DNA of 64,000 nt from a virus. The stretch covers positions 96,001-160,000 of IMG/VR virus record IMGVR_UViG_3300045988_179268. One strand, given 5' to 3'. How positions within the stretch are numbered: position 1 is the stretch's first letter; the number at the start of each line of letters is the position of its first letter. Positions 30,756-39,773 of the stretch are shown piece after piece. The position numbers were made by a program, and so were the translations under genes. Under the pieces are notes generated by a model. The model was not told where the DNA came from and searched no databases. It saw nothing but the letters and a program-made list of their open reading frames with translations.

Positions 30756-31475
30756 ATGCAAGATAACCCACGGACAATAGATGTAGTTTTGGACATCCCT
30801 ACGCATCTAGTCTTGACCGAGAACTTGCGACTCACCCCTTTTGTGCGTGCCGCAATCGTGAAGTCGCTACGCGGAATAGCGTCTAGTCACGCCTCAAAAT
30901 TTGTTGAAGACAACCCTGAGTTCACCCCATTCAGACATTACATCGTCAGATTCGAAGTCCTGGGAATGAATAAAGGGCTTAGACTCGACCCAACTAACTA
31001 TGCGCCAACGCTAAAGCCCATTATCGACGGCTTCACTGGGCGCTGGTGGGATGATGACGACGCAGGGCACCTACTGGAAACCACATTCGCGTATGGCGGG
31101 CTATGGAAAAGCCCCCCTGAGGAACTTATCAAATATCGAAGGTTCCGAATCCGCATTACCGAGGTAAACCCGGAGCATTACACCGCAGAACCAATAGAGC
31201 GACCGTATCTTGAAGAAATAGCTTCGCAATGGGAGCTAGACCCTGCATATAGCATCCCCAAAGTCCCCCAAGACGGGAAAACAGACCCCAACGACGGAGT
31301 GAAACAATACTTTAAACTTATCACCCGTGAGGAACGGAAAAAGGAAGCGAAGAAACTCAAAACAGCCGCTTCGAAGCTACTCAACGAACCCGAAGAAGAC
31401 TCAGAAATCAAAATTGAAGTAACCATACCGGCACCAGATGAAACACCGCCAGACCCAGTAGAACTTGACTGGTAG
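30756..31475 (+). CDS. RusA-like Holliday-junction resolvase domain protein (tentative) with acidic C-terminal extension
   Basis: LDPTNYAPTLKPIIDGFTGRWWDDDDAGHL resembles the RusA D.DN..K...Dal....DD core. Confidence 0.4.
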   Translation: MQDNPRTIDVVLDIPTHLVLTENLRLTPFVRAAIVKSLRGIASSHASKFVEDNPEFTPFRHYIVRFEVLGMNKGLRLDPTNYAPTLKPIIDGFTGRWWDDDDAGHLLETTFAYGGLWKSPPEELIKYRRFRIRITEVNPEHYTAEPIERPYLEEIASQWELDPAYSIPKVPQDGKTDPNDGVKQYFKLITREERKKEAKKLKTAASKLLNEPEEDSEIKIEVTIPAPDETPPDPVELDW

Positions 31476-31481
31476 CCAGGC

Positions 31482-31546
31482 AAATAGAACCTCTCAGATA
31501 TGTAGTATATAAAGCCTAAATACTACACGCTTGAGAGGTTCTATTT
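31482..31546 (+). terminator. long two-tier hairpin plus T5 tract
   Basis: Outer 15-bp stem aaatagaacctctca / tgagaggttctattt. Inner stem gtagtat / atactac. Followed by ttttt. Confidence 0.7.
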
Positions 31547-31548
31547 TT

Positions 31549-32052
31549 GTGCGCATTGAAATAACTAACGCGACCGACGTTTTTGCTCGCGACAACCAAT
31601 TCTGGGAATTTGGCGGCTTCACATTCAGCAAACCCATTACACAGACCCAGTTCATCTGGGTAGGAGGCATACTCGCCGCCGCATATTTCCTATTCACCAT
31701 TCTCGCAAGCGTATTGCTAGGAATGTCTTTCATCATTTCCCTGCTGTGGACATGGGCACCCGCACTCGTCTTAGCCTACCCGCTGGGCAAAAAATTAGGC
31801 GACACATCAGAAAAATTTGACGGCATGACTGCCGGTAAATACCTCCTCGCTAAGCGCCGCTGGAAGAACCAAGCACGCGGATACCTTGACTGCGTAGAAT
31901 ACGACCCTAACGCTAAGCGAATCTACCGAATCGCAAGCGCAATTCAGGTATCAAACCGTGCTGACGACGCATTAGCAGAACTGCGAAAAACCGAAGAAGC
32001 CTACACGAAGAAGCCATTCATCGGCAAAAAGAAAGGTGCGCCTAAGAAATGA
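31549..32052 (+). CDS. TcpE/PrgI-like small conjugation membrane protein (VirB3 analogue candidate)
   Basis: Start taken at GTG 31549 after GAGAGG, because the tracked TTG 31531 lies inside the terminator stem. FWEFGGFTFSKPITQTQFIWVGG, then 2 TM helices. Stop overlaps the next ATG (ATGA 32049-32052). Confidence 0.45.
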   Translation: MRIEITNATDVFARDNQFWEFGGFTFSKPITQTQFIWVGGILAAAYFLFTILASVLLGMSFIISLLWTWAPALVLAYPLGKKLGDTSEKFDGMTAGKYLLAKRRWKNQARGYLDCVEYDPNAKRIYRIASAIQVSNRADDALAELRKTEEAYTKKPFIGKKKGAPKK

Positions 32053-33284
32053 GTCCCGAAGTCTACCGCCACGGTCAGCCAATGACAATTGGCATTAATG
32101 AACGCGCCGCCATTCCCGTCTTTTTCGACCTTCACTCAGCAAATAGGAATGACGAACCGCCCGTCACGCTATTTACAGGGAAACCAGGTAGCGGTAAAAC
32201 TTTTAGTATTCTCTGGACGTTATCTCTCGCCGCCCTCCAAGGTGCCGCCGTGGTAGGTATCGACTGGAAAGGCGACCTCCTGAAAATCCTCAATATCGAG
32301 GAAGTCTTAGGTGTCCCCACTAACGTCAAAACTATTGACGCAACCAAGGAAGAGAACATTGGTATTCTCGACCCCTTCGTCATCTTCGATAACCATGACA
32401 ACGAAAAAGAAGCCGCCGCTGACATTCAAACAGCTGTAAACGCACTCATTCACGCACTTATGCCGGGCGCACTTGCGGATGGGGAAATTAAGCCTTGGGT
32501 TGCGGCAACAATCAGCGACGTTATCAAAGCATACCCCAAAGAAAAAAGCATGAACGTGTTCTTTAACATGCTTCTAGACGTAGCTAGTGCCAATGGCAAC
32601 CAGAAACTCAAAGGTTTTGCACTCAGCCTCCAAAACACCCTTAACGAAGGTGCCGGAGTTATCCTGTGCGCCGAACCTGACCGAAAACCAGCACGCTACT
32701 TTGACTTCACACCTGGCGCTACCGTCATCGACCTATCCCGCCTACACGAGCTACCGAAGACAGTAGAAGACCTCAACGACCCTAGCAAAGCAGTCGGACA
32801 AGCAATCCTAACAATGGTCACACTACTCGTCCGCCAAAGTATGCTAAGAATGCCTAAGAACATTAAAAAAGTTCTCGCAATTGACGAAGCATGGGCAATT
32901 CTCGGCAACGAATCCGGCATGTCCCTAGTTAAATCAACCTCAAAACTAGGACGCTCCATGAACCTAGCAGTCATACTAGGTAGCCAGAGCTACAAAGACG
33001 TTTTCAACAACACAACAGGTCTTGACACCTCCCTAGCAAGCACACATTTCGCCTTCGCCAACTCACGCCAAGACGCAGAAATAGGTGCCCTCGCAATGGG
33101 GCTACAAGGAGACGACGCAGAACAGGTCATTAGTGCTATAACTCAATTACAGCAGGGACACTGCATCATGCAGGACATCCGCAAACGTCGAGGACACGTA
33201 CACATGATTGTGTGGCTAGAAGAACTAGTCAAAGCGTTCAGCACTAACCCATTCGACGAAACCCACCAACAGCAAGAAATTTAG
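32049..33284 (+). CDS. VirB4/TraC-superfamily (AAA_10/DUF87-like) conjugation ATPase, short form
   Basis: Walker A GKPGSGKTF. Walker B with the characteristic AIDEAWAILG. Translationally coupled to the TcpE-like gene. Confidence 0.65.
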   Translation: MSPEVYRHGQPMTIGINERAAIPVFFDLHSANRNDEPPVTLFTGKPGSGKTFSILWTLSLAALQGAAVVGIDWKGDLLKILNIEEVLGVPTNVKTIDATKEENIGILDPFVIFDNHDNEKEAAADIQTAVNALIHALMPGALADGEIKPWVAATISDVIKAYPKEKSMNVFFNMLLDVASANGNQKLKGFALSLQNTLNEGAGVILCAEPDRKPARYFDFTPGATVIDLSRLHELPKTVEDLNDPSKAVGQAILTMVTLLVRQSMLRMPKNIKKVLAIDEAWAILGNESGMSLVKSTSKLGRSMNLAVILGSQSYKDVFNNTTGLDTSLASTHFAFANSRQDAEIGALAMGLQGDDAEQVISAITQLQQGHCIMQDIRKRRGHVHMIVWLEELVKAFSTNPFDETHQQQEI

Positions 33285-33306
33285 CAACTAACCAAGGAGA
33301 ACACCT

Positions 33307-35061
33307 ATGGCACAGGACTCAACGTTAAGCCGTAAAAAGCGCTACCTGCCGCCAAACATTGTCTATGTTTCAGGCACAGAACAGTTTAATAAGTTGCAGA
33401 ACCCTAATAAGCCCCTTAAATCCGAGGCTATAGAAGGTGTTTATGATGCGGCTTTCTACCGCGAGTTCCTGAAATACCTCATGCCGCCCATCACCCCCGG
33501 CGAGGGTCCACGCATCCCAACTAAAGACTCCACAAGCATCTACGGCGTAACCGAAGATGAAGTGAACGAACTGTTATTCCCTGAAATTATTGGCATCTGC
33601 CCAACCATCGAATACCTATGGAATGACATCACCTCAGACCTGCCGTCCATCCCTAACACAATGGACGCTATCGTAGTACACTCAGACTACTATGCGGAAC
33701 TGCGCCGCAATAGCTTGAGGAACCCTCAGCAGGTACCTAACGTACTGCGAATCATGACTACCATCATGGAGACTACGCCCATCTTCGTCCTTGAAGATGC
33801 AAAAGATGCGCTGGAACACAGCCAATATCAGGCTATCCAAGTGGAGATGCAGAACCTACTGTTCACTAAGCAACTGCCGTACACCACTTACAACATTGAA
33901 ATCACCCGCATGGTGCCCAATAACCCCGAAGCGCCTTGGGATACCCTGCCGGAAAACTTCATTGCCTTACAGTTTTACGAAAAAATTCAGCTATTTCTTG
34001 CAAACCCGCCTGAATTTGGCGACCCGGTATTATCGTTCAGAGGCACACTAGAGTCGCGTGTAGACCCTGAGCTTGCCGCAATTCAAGAGGACATCGACCC
34101 TGACGCTACGCATATCAACGGTTCACCGTACCTTGGGCGCGTCATCACAGTAACATCTAAAAAAGGTGGTACTGGTAAGACAACAACCTCGCTAGGTATC
34201 GCACACGCACTCACCACATGGGGTAAAGAAGCTGTGGCGTACAACTATGCAGAGCACGCACTGAAAGTTATTGTGGTAGACCTTGACCTGCAAGACGGTC
34301 AGGTTGGTCTTAACACTAGCGACCAAAGCAAAACTGTTATCGGTATTTTCAACGATTTTCGTGAGTCTACCATCACTAGTGGGCATCGTGTGCTAGGTGA
34401 AGATAAGAAAAAAGACTGGGGCATTATTGAAAAGTACATTATCCGTAACGACCGAGTAGGTTACGACACGCTTCTTGCACCAGAAGACCCGCGTGACTTG
34501 AACGACCTAGACCCTCACTTCTATCGAGCTATAATCAGCACCTTACGTGAGCACTACGACGTAATCATTATTGACACGTCTGTTCAATTAACAGACCCAT
34601 ACATGGTGTTCTGCGCATACCCACTTACCTACAAACTGTATTATGTTGCTGAGCCTTACCCCGGTCCTTTGGACACTATGAAACGACAGTTTAACTATGG
34701 GTTAGGGTCTACACGCAACGGCGGTGGCGGCATGAACCCTCAGCGTATCAGCATCTTTGTAAACAAGATGGAACCTGACCATATCGTTAAGAAAGGCTCC
34801 GCTTTTGCGTTCTGGGACGTTGCAGACTACTCCGTCGGCGGAATCCCAGTGCTTACGGGTGTACCTTATTTACATGAAGCCGCACTAGACGCGGTGAATG
34901 TCAGCTTACCAGGCGGATTCAACTACCTACTGAATAACAAAGGCTACTCCGAAGGCATGTCCCTGTTAGCATACGACATTGTACGCGGCACAGGATATAA
35001 CCTGTTCAGCCCTGAACAGACAAACGATTTGGAAGACTATTTCGCCATGTCAAACCTATAA
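33307..35061 (+). CDS. ParA/MinD-superfamily ATPase of the CpaE/TadZ type with long N-terminal domain
   Basis: Deviant Walker A SKKGGTGKTTTS. VIVVDLDLQDGQV and DVIIIDTS motifs. RBS AAGGAGAAC. Confidence 0.7.
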   Translation: MAQDSTLSRKKRYLPPNIVYVSGTEQFNKLQNPNKPLKSEAIEGVYDAAFYREFLKYLMPPITPGEGPRIPTKDSTSIYGVTEDEVNELLFPEIIGICPTIEYLWNDITSDLPSIPNTMDAIVVHSDYYAELRRNSLRNPQQVPNVLRIMTTIMETTPIFVLEDAKDALEHSQYQAIQVEMQNLLFTKQLPYTTYNIEITRMVPNNPEAPWDTLPENFIALQFYEKIQLFLANPPEFGDPVLSFRGTLESRVDPELAAIQEDIDPDATHINGSPYLGRVITVTSKKGGTGKTTTSLGIAHALTTWGKEAVAYNYAEHALKVIVVDLDLQDGQVGLNTSDQSKTVIGIFNDFRESTITSGHRVLGEDKKKDWGIIEKYIIRNDRVGYDTLLAPEDPRDLNDLDPHFYRAIISTLREHYDVIIIDTSVQLTDPYMVFCAYPLTYKLYYVAEPYPGPLDTMKRQFNYGLGSTRNGGGGMNPQRISIFVNKMEPDHIVKKGSAFAFWDVADYSVGGIPVLTGVPYLHEAALDAVNVSLPGGFNYLLNNKGYSEGMSLLAYDIVRGTGYNLFSPEQTNDLEDYFAMSNL

Positions 35062-35507
35062 TTTGCGGGCAAGGGAACAGTCTTCTCCAACCCGTCATAA
35101 AGAAGTGGGACGGTAGGTTCAGTATCTACAGTATCAACTTTATCTGACACGGGTTTAATAACGGATTTAGAAGGTTTAGATTTAACGCTCTTCACCTTAC
35201 CAGACGGTTTCTTAGCCCCGCCAGGAGGTACGTTCACTTCTTCGGCGGGGCTAAACCATAATCCAATCACAACCATCAAGAAAGAAACCGTAAAAATAGC
35301 TACACTAAGCCCACCAAAAGAATCCCATAAGCCAATCATCCCAGCAAAACCAGCTAAACGACCGACCACACCTATGATTAAAGCCGCACCAAAGCCTACA
35401 AAAAGACCCAACCTAGCAACATAACCAGCCCAACCCTCACCATTTTTACGCACAAAAAATAGGGCACCCGAACGCACCCACCATAGCCCTAAAAACTTCT
35501 TCAACAT
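35037..35507 (-). CDS. membrane protein with K/S/P-rich tail
   Basis: The only long ORF in 35.06-35.5 kb. 3 TM helices. Convergent with 33307..35061 and overlapping it by 25 nt. Confidence 0.45.
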   Translation of the reverse strand: MLKKFLGLWWVRSGALFFVRKNGEGWAGYVARLGLFVGFGAALIIGVVGRLAGFAGMIGLWDSFGGLSVAIFTVSFLMVVIGLWFSPAEEVNVPPGGAKKPSGKVKSVKSKPSKSVIKPVSDKVDTVDTEPTVPLLYDGLEKTVPLPANYRFDMAK

Positions 35508-35625
35508 AACCTCAAAACACCTGCAAAATCAAGGGAAAACATACATAAAAGGCATAGCGCAAAACGCGCACAGCTATACAGTACTTAGACCTAAAATAAC
35601 CGCCCCTATTCGAAGGAAATCTGAT

Positions 35626-37191
35626 ATGCCTGCCGGACTGTCACTATCAGCGCTCAAACAGAACAACCACAACCCTGCCAGCCGTGAAAAAGACGAAGAA
35701 AACCGACTAAAAAACCTCAGCGCAAGCATCACCCAATACGCAGAAGACCAGCTTCCACCACCGGCACCTGAGCCTGACGTAGCGGAAGCTGAGCCGCCCG
35801 TGCCTGCCATTGACCAAGAAGCGTTAATGGCAGAAATTCTGCGTCAAGTACGAGAAGAACACAATAAAGCATCTGTCCCGCAAACGGCAGTCGTCACCAG
35901 TGACGACCTTGCCGCCGCATCAAAAGAAAAATACGGCTCCGTGGAACCAGCAGGGGAGTACAGCGCCCTCCGTAAATCCACACCCACCAGCCTCATAGAA
36001 CCCGACAACTTCCCGCTCAGTAGCATCATCACAGACGCATACGACATGGGAGCAAGCGACGTTTACATCCAACCCGAAACACCTATTCGATTCAAGGTGG
36101 GTGGCGGCTTAGCGCCCTACTACCAGCAACCTACACCTACCCGCAACGATGTTTCACGTCTACTTGAAAAAGTTACTCAGACTACCTCTTCTACAACGTT
36201 CCGCGCTGAAAAAGAACTAGACATTTCCTACACCATCCCTAAAGGAAAATACGCTGGCAGAAGGTGCCGTCTTAACGTAACATACGTTTCACCGGGTCTG
36301 TCGAACATCAATATGGTGTTCCGACTACTCGCTACCGACATTCAAGACCCATCCTACTACAACGTACCCAAAGCTTTCATTGATGCACTTCATCAAAAAG
36401 CAGGGCTTATCGTAGTCGCAGGCGTTACAGGTAGCGGTAAAACAACCACCATCGCATCAGGTCTATACTACGCGCAATGCAACGTCACAACACCACACCC
36501 CGTCACCGGCGAACCAATGGGCGTAACTATCGTCACCATCGAACAGCCAATCGAGTACCTATTCGACAACAACAACCCCAACTCAAACGGTAGCCTATTC
36601 ATCCAGCGAGAAGTGAACACCGACACACGCTCATTCCTCAACGGCATCAAATCAGCGCTACGCCAAAACCCGAACATTATGCTTATCGGTGAGGTGCGTA
36701 ACGAGCTGGAAATCCAAGCCGCGTTACGCGCCGCTGAAACAGGTCACCTTACCCTAACCACCGTCCACGCACAGGACTGTGCAGGCATCATTGAACGCTT
36801 AGCGACCAATGATGACGGTACGCTACGCGCAAATTCATTAGCTTCCATCGCATCTAGCGGGCGCGTATTCATGACGCAGGCACTAGTCAAGCGCATGGAT
36901 GGCGGGCTAATTCCTGCACATGAAGTCTTAGAGATTAGGCAATCGGACAGAGTGCTTATTGAAGACATCAAAACAGGCAATATTTCCGACATTCGCCAAC
37001 GCCTACAAGATGAAGGCGAAGACATGTGCTCCACTCTTATGAATTTGTGCCGTGCTGAAACGGGTCCCTGTTACGTTAAGGATGCGCTAGAACACGCGCC
37101 TGACCCGCACAGGTTCCTCACCCTTATCCGCACAGCCGAGGCAAACGGCGAACAGTTCAACTACCACCCAGACGAACTAAAAAACATTTAG
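35626..37191 (+). CDS. PilT/PilB/GspE-family secretion ATPase (type II/IV secretion NTPase)
   Basis: ASDVYIQPETPIRFKVGG, Walker A AGVTGSGKTTT, LIGEVRNELE and AAETGHLTLTTVHA. Confidence 0.85.
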   Translation: MPAGLSLSALKQNNHNPASREKDEENRLKNLSASITQYAEDQLPPPAPEPDVAEAEPPVPAIDQEALMAEILRQVREEHNKASVPQTAVVTSDDLAAASKEKYGSVEPAGEYSALRKSTPTSLIEPDNFPLSSIITDAYDMGASDVYIQPETPIRFKVGGGLAPYYQQPTPTRNDVSRLLEKVTQTTSSTTFRAEKELDISYTIPKGKYAGRRCRLNVTYVSPGLSNINMVFRLLATDIQDPSYYNVPKAFIDALHQKAGLIVVAGVTGSGKTTTIASGLYYAQCNVTTPHPVTGEPMGVTIVTIEQPIEYLFDNNNPNSNGSLFIQREVNTDTRSFLNGIKSALRQNPNIMLIGEVRNELEIQAALRAAETGHLTLTTVHAQDCAGIIERLATNDDGTLRANSLASIASSGRVFMTQALVKRMDGGLIPAHEVLEIRQSDRVLIEDIKTGNISDIRQRLQDEGEDMCSTLMNLCRAETGPCYVKDALEHAPDPHRFLTLIRTAEANGEQFNYHPDELKNI

Positions 37192-37399
37192 TTAGCATTA
37201 AAAAGTGCTAAAATGTTCCGCAAAAAGTTTGGAAAATCAGACCTGGAAATACGTCCCACAAGCGGCGTAAACTCTAGGCGCTTGATATATAACTACACAG
37301 ATAAATAAAAACCTCTCCAGCACCCCATACGCGGGCACATAGGGCAAGGAAGTCGAGCGCCAAGCCCTATAAAATCAGAGAGACTAACGGAAACAAAAT

Positions 37400-37447
37400 G
37401 GTAAGCCCCTAACCTTTTATTATGAAGGTTAGGGGCTTACCATTTTT
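37400..37447. terminator. bidirectional rho-independent terminator; left edge of the skewed module
   Basis: 15-bp stem ggtaagcccctaacc / ggttaggggcttacc. Flanked by aaacaaaa (U-tract for the minus strand) and attttt. Confidence 0.8.
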
Positions 37448-37458
37448 AGTCCCAAAAA

Positions 37459-39102
37459 CTAAAACTCAAAAGCTGAAACGCCATCAAAAACAGACCCATC
37501 AGGGCGACACAAACGAATAGCGCGGATACGGTCATCACAACCATTCGCCAACGCCCACTCATTCACCTTACGCATCATACGGTCACCAGTACACAACCAC
37601 AATACCTGACCAAACACGCTCCTATCATCCTTATACTGCCCCAAAATAGTCTCCAAACGACCAGGCTTCTTACCGAAGCCACGCTCAATCTCAACAGCAA
37701 CACTGCGAGGCTCCCCATCCTCGCCACGCGGAACCATGCACACAATATCCGGCACATGGTACTTCGTCTCAGACGCACCACTCATTACCGCCCACATCCA
37801 CTCATTACCGCCGTAACACTCAGGAGAAACCCCAACACCACCAGCCGCACGCCAACTACGCAACACCTCACCACGGCGCGCAATCAAAACATCGCGCACG
37901 TCAAACCCAGCACGACCCCTAAACATTCCATGAATAGCGCCATTAATCACACGGTCAGGAATCACACTGAAACCACGAGCAACCTGCCCACCAACAACAC
38001 GACCACCAGATACTAAACCACCCAACCCCAAAACATCAACCGCACCATTCACCAACATCGCCCCCACATAATGAATAAGAGTACGATGCTGAAACTCGCT
38101 ATTACCCAGCGTCTTACGCGACACAGTAGCCCCACCAACACCAAACTCATCCAAACCCACACGTGTACCAACCCATACCGTATGACGCAAACCAGGAATG
38201 TCCACCGCCTCCAAACAGCCACGCCCCTGCAACCCCTTCAAATACTTCAACGCCGTAACCCTAGTAGAAACCCCCAACAACAACATCACAGCACGCACAT
38301 CAACCCAGCCAAACAGCCCAACAAACCCCATAATCTCAACCTCACGGCGCGAACCCATCAAACGCGGCGCAACACCACCATCCCCCTTGGAAGCCCTACG
38401 CACACGCTTCAAGCGCTCAGCCACAACATCCGGCGACTCACCAACCAACGGCGGAGACACAACATCAACCTCCCCAACACGAGACAGCCAATAAGAAGCC
38501 TGCTCCAACGCCAAACCATTAGAAACCTCAGTAGAACTCATACGCGAACCTCTCCCATCGTAATCAAAACGAAAACATGACAACTCACCAACACCAGCAC
38601 CTAGCCCCAAACCTCCCGGCGGCGCAACCAACCCACCTAACTCAACACCAACAGCATCACCTAAAGCCTCAACCCCCACACCAGACGCAGGAACAACAAA
38701 CCCATCCTGAATCGCCTCAAAATCAACACCATTCACGCCACCAAAAGACCACCTAGCGCGCGGAGTAACACCAAAAGAAAACCCGCCATGCACAAAAACA
38801 CCACCAACCGTAGAAACAACAGACCCATCCCAAACATACCCAGCACACTCCGCCGCAAAAGACCTAAACGCAACAGGAACCTGCGAAAAATCACGCACAC
38901 CCCGCGCACGCTCCAACACAGACCCATCCTCAACCGCAACACCAGACCCCAACACAAAACCATTCACCAAATGCCCAACACTGAACCCCGCATCACCCAA
39001 CTCACGAATAGACCCAGACCCAGAAAAAACATCCGGCGCTAAACCCTCAACAACCTTACGACCAACATTAACAACAGCCGAAGAAACAGACCCATCAACC
39101 AT
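37459..39102 (-). CDS. Replic_Relax (plasmid replication-relaxation)-like protein with G/V-rich N-terminal extension
   Basis: Start moved to ATG 39102 (GGAGG 7 nt upstream). wHTH-like VRAVMLLLGVSTRVTALKYLKGLQGRGCLEAV, HRTLIHYVGAML, and a PD-(D/E)xK-like VPDIVCMV...AVEIERGFGKK..LGQY. Confidence 0.55.
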   Translation of the reverse strand: MVDGSVSSAVVNVGRKVVEGLAPDVFSGSGSIRELGDAGFSVGHLVNGFVLGSGVAVEDGSVLERARGVRDFSQVPVAFRSFAAECAGYVWDGSVVSTVGGVFVHGGFSFGVTPRARWSFGGVNGVDFEAIQDGFVVPASGVGVEALGDAVGVELGGLVAPPGGLGLGAGVGELSCFRFDYDGRGSRMSSTEVSNGLALEQASYWLSRVGEVDVVSPPLVGESPDVVAERLKRVRRASKGDGGVAPRLMGSRREVEIMGFVGLFGWVDVRAVMLLLGVSTRVTALKYLKGLQGRGCLEAVDIPGLRHTVWVGTRVGLDEFGVGGATVSRKTLGNSEFQHRTLIHYVGAMLVNGAVDVLGLGGLVSGGRVVGGQVARGFSVIPDRVINGAIHGMFRGRAGFDVRDVLIARRGEVLRSWRAAGGVGVSPECYGGNEWMWAVMSGASETKYHVPDIVCMVPRGEDGEPRSVAVEIERGFGKKPGRLETILGQYKDDRSVFGQVLWLCTGDRMMRKVNEWALANGCDDRIRAIRLCRPDGSVFDGVSAFEF

Positions 39103-39165
39103 CAGGAAACCTCCAAAACTTATAAAGAAACTCGCAATCCACATAGCCGAAAACCCACGGCAATG

Positions 39166-39176
39166 TGTGATACAAT
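39166..39176 (+). promoter_or_regulatory. extended -10 promoter (tgTGaTACAAT) for the lipoprotein cassette
   Basis: tgtgatacaat matches the element-wide consensus. It interlocks back-to-back with the minus-strand -10. Confidence 0.45.
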
Positions 39177-39183
39177 CATACCA
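39175..39183 (-). promoter_or_regulatory. extended -10 promoter (TGgTATGAT) for 37459..39102
   Basis: The minus strand reads ttggTATGAT. ~70-nt leader to ATG 39102. Confidence 0.45.
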
Positions 39184-39216
39184 ACCAAACCCCCACCACA
39201 TCAAAGGAAAATCCCC

Positions 39217-39429
39217 ATGAAGAAGCTGTACAACATCGCAGGACTCACCTTAATCGCCACGCTTACCCTCACCGGATGCGGCAATAGTGAGAACACCCAA
39301 AAACCAGATACCACCAAGACATCCCAATCCGAAACAGACAGCCCACGCCGCGTAGTGAAACCCTGCGGGGCAGACACCACCGGCGACATTGAAATGGGTC
39401 AGGGACTCTGCGACCACGAAGAAAGGTAA
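39217..39429 (+). CDS. small lipoprotein
   Basis: MKKLYNIAGLTLIATLTLTGCGNSEN has a signal peptide plus the lipobox LTGC. RBS AAGGAAA. The tracked start 39163 would overlap the promoters. Confidence 0.6.
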   Translation: MKKLYNIAGLTLIATLTLTGCGNSENTQKPDTTKTSQSETDSPRRVVKPCGADTTGDIEMGQGLCDHEER

Positions 39430-39441
39430 CGAACAAACACT

Positions 39442-39720
39442 ATGGAATCATTCATCTACGGAGTTGTTAAAGTAACTCTCGAATACCACACGTACCCCAA
39501 TAACCCGGAAAAGAACCATATTGAAACCCGTGCATGGTACCTAGACGATAATAACAACAAAATTAAAACTGTCAGCACTAGTGACAACCCCCAAATGGAA
39601 GTAGTTCACGCCCTCTCAGAACACAACAAGCCAGTATACCAGAACGGTTTAGTGGGTGAGATGCTAGTCATTAATACAAATGACTACTCAATCTTCGAAA
39701 CCAAATACATTACCCACTAA
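39442..39720 (+). CDS. hypothetical protein (ordinary, AT-leaning composition)
   Basis: 92-aa ORF followed directly by a strong terminator. Confidence 0.55.
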   Translation: MESFIYGVVKVTLEYHTYPNNPEKNHIETRAWYLDDNNNKIKTVSTSDNPQMEVVHALSEHNKPVYQNGLVGEMLVINTNDYSIFETKYITH

Positions 39721-39726
39721 CAAAAA

Positions 39727-39773
39727 AGTATCCCTTAAACTCTCTACAGAGAAGAGTTTAAGGGATACTTTTT
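39727..39773 (+). terminator. rho-independent terminator
   Basis: 17-bp stem agtatcccttaaactct / agagtttaagggatact, then ttttt. Confidence 0.8.

Noticed and set aside
125-37034. Dozens of 60-176 aa minus-strand ORFs, and out-of-frame plus ORFs, within the backbone (e.g. 125-343, 11848-12249, 24685-25215, 28126-28599, 9324-9842).
   Set aside because: All are nested inside long plus-strand genes that carry recognisable motifs or tight operon packing. None has an RBS or promoter. They are typical antisense or shadow ORFs.
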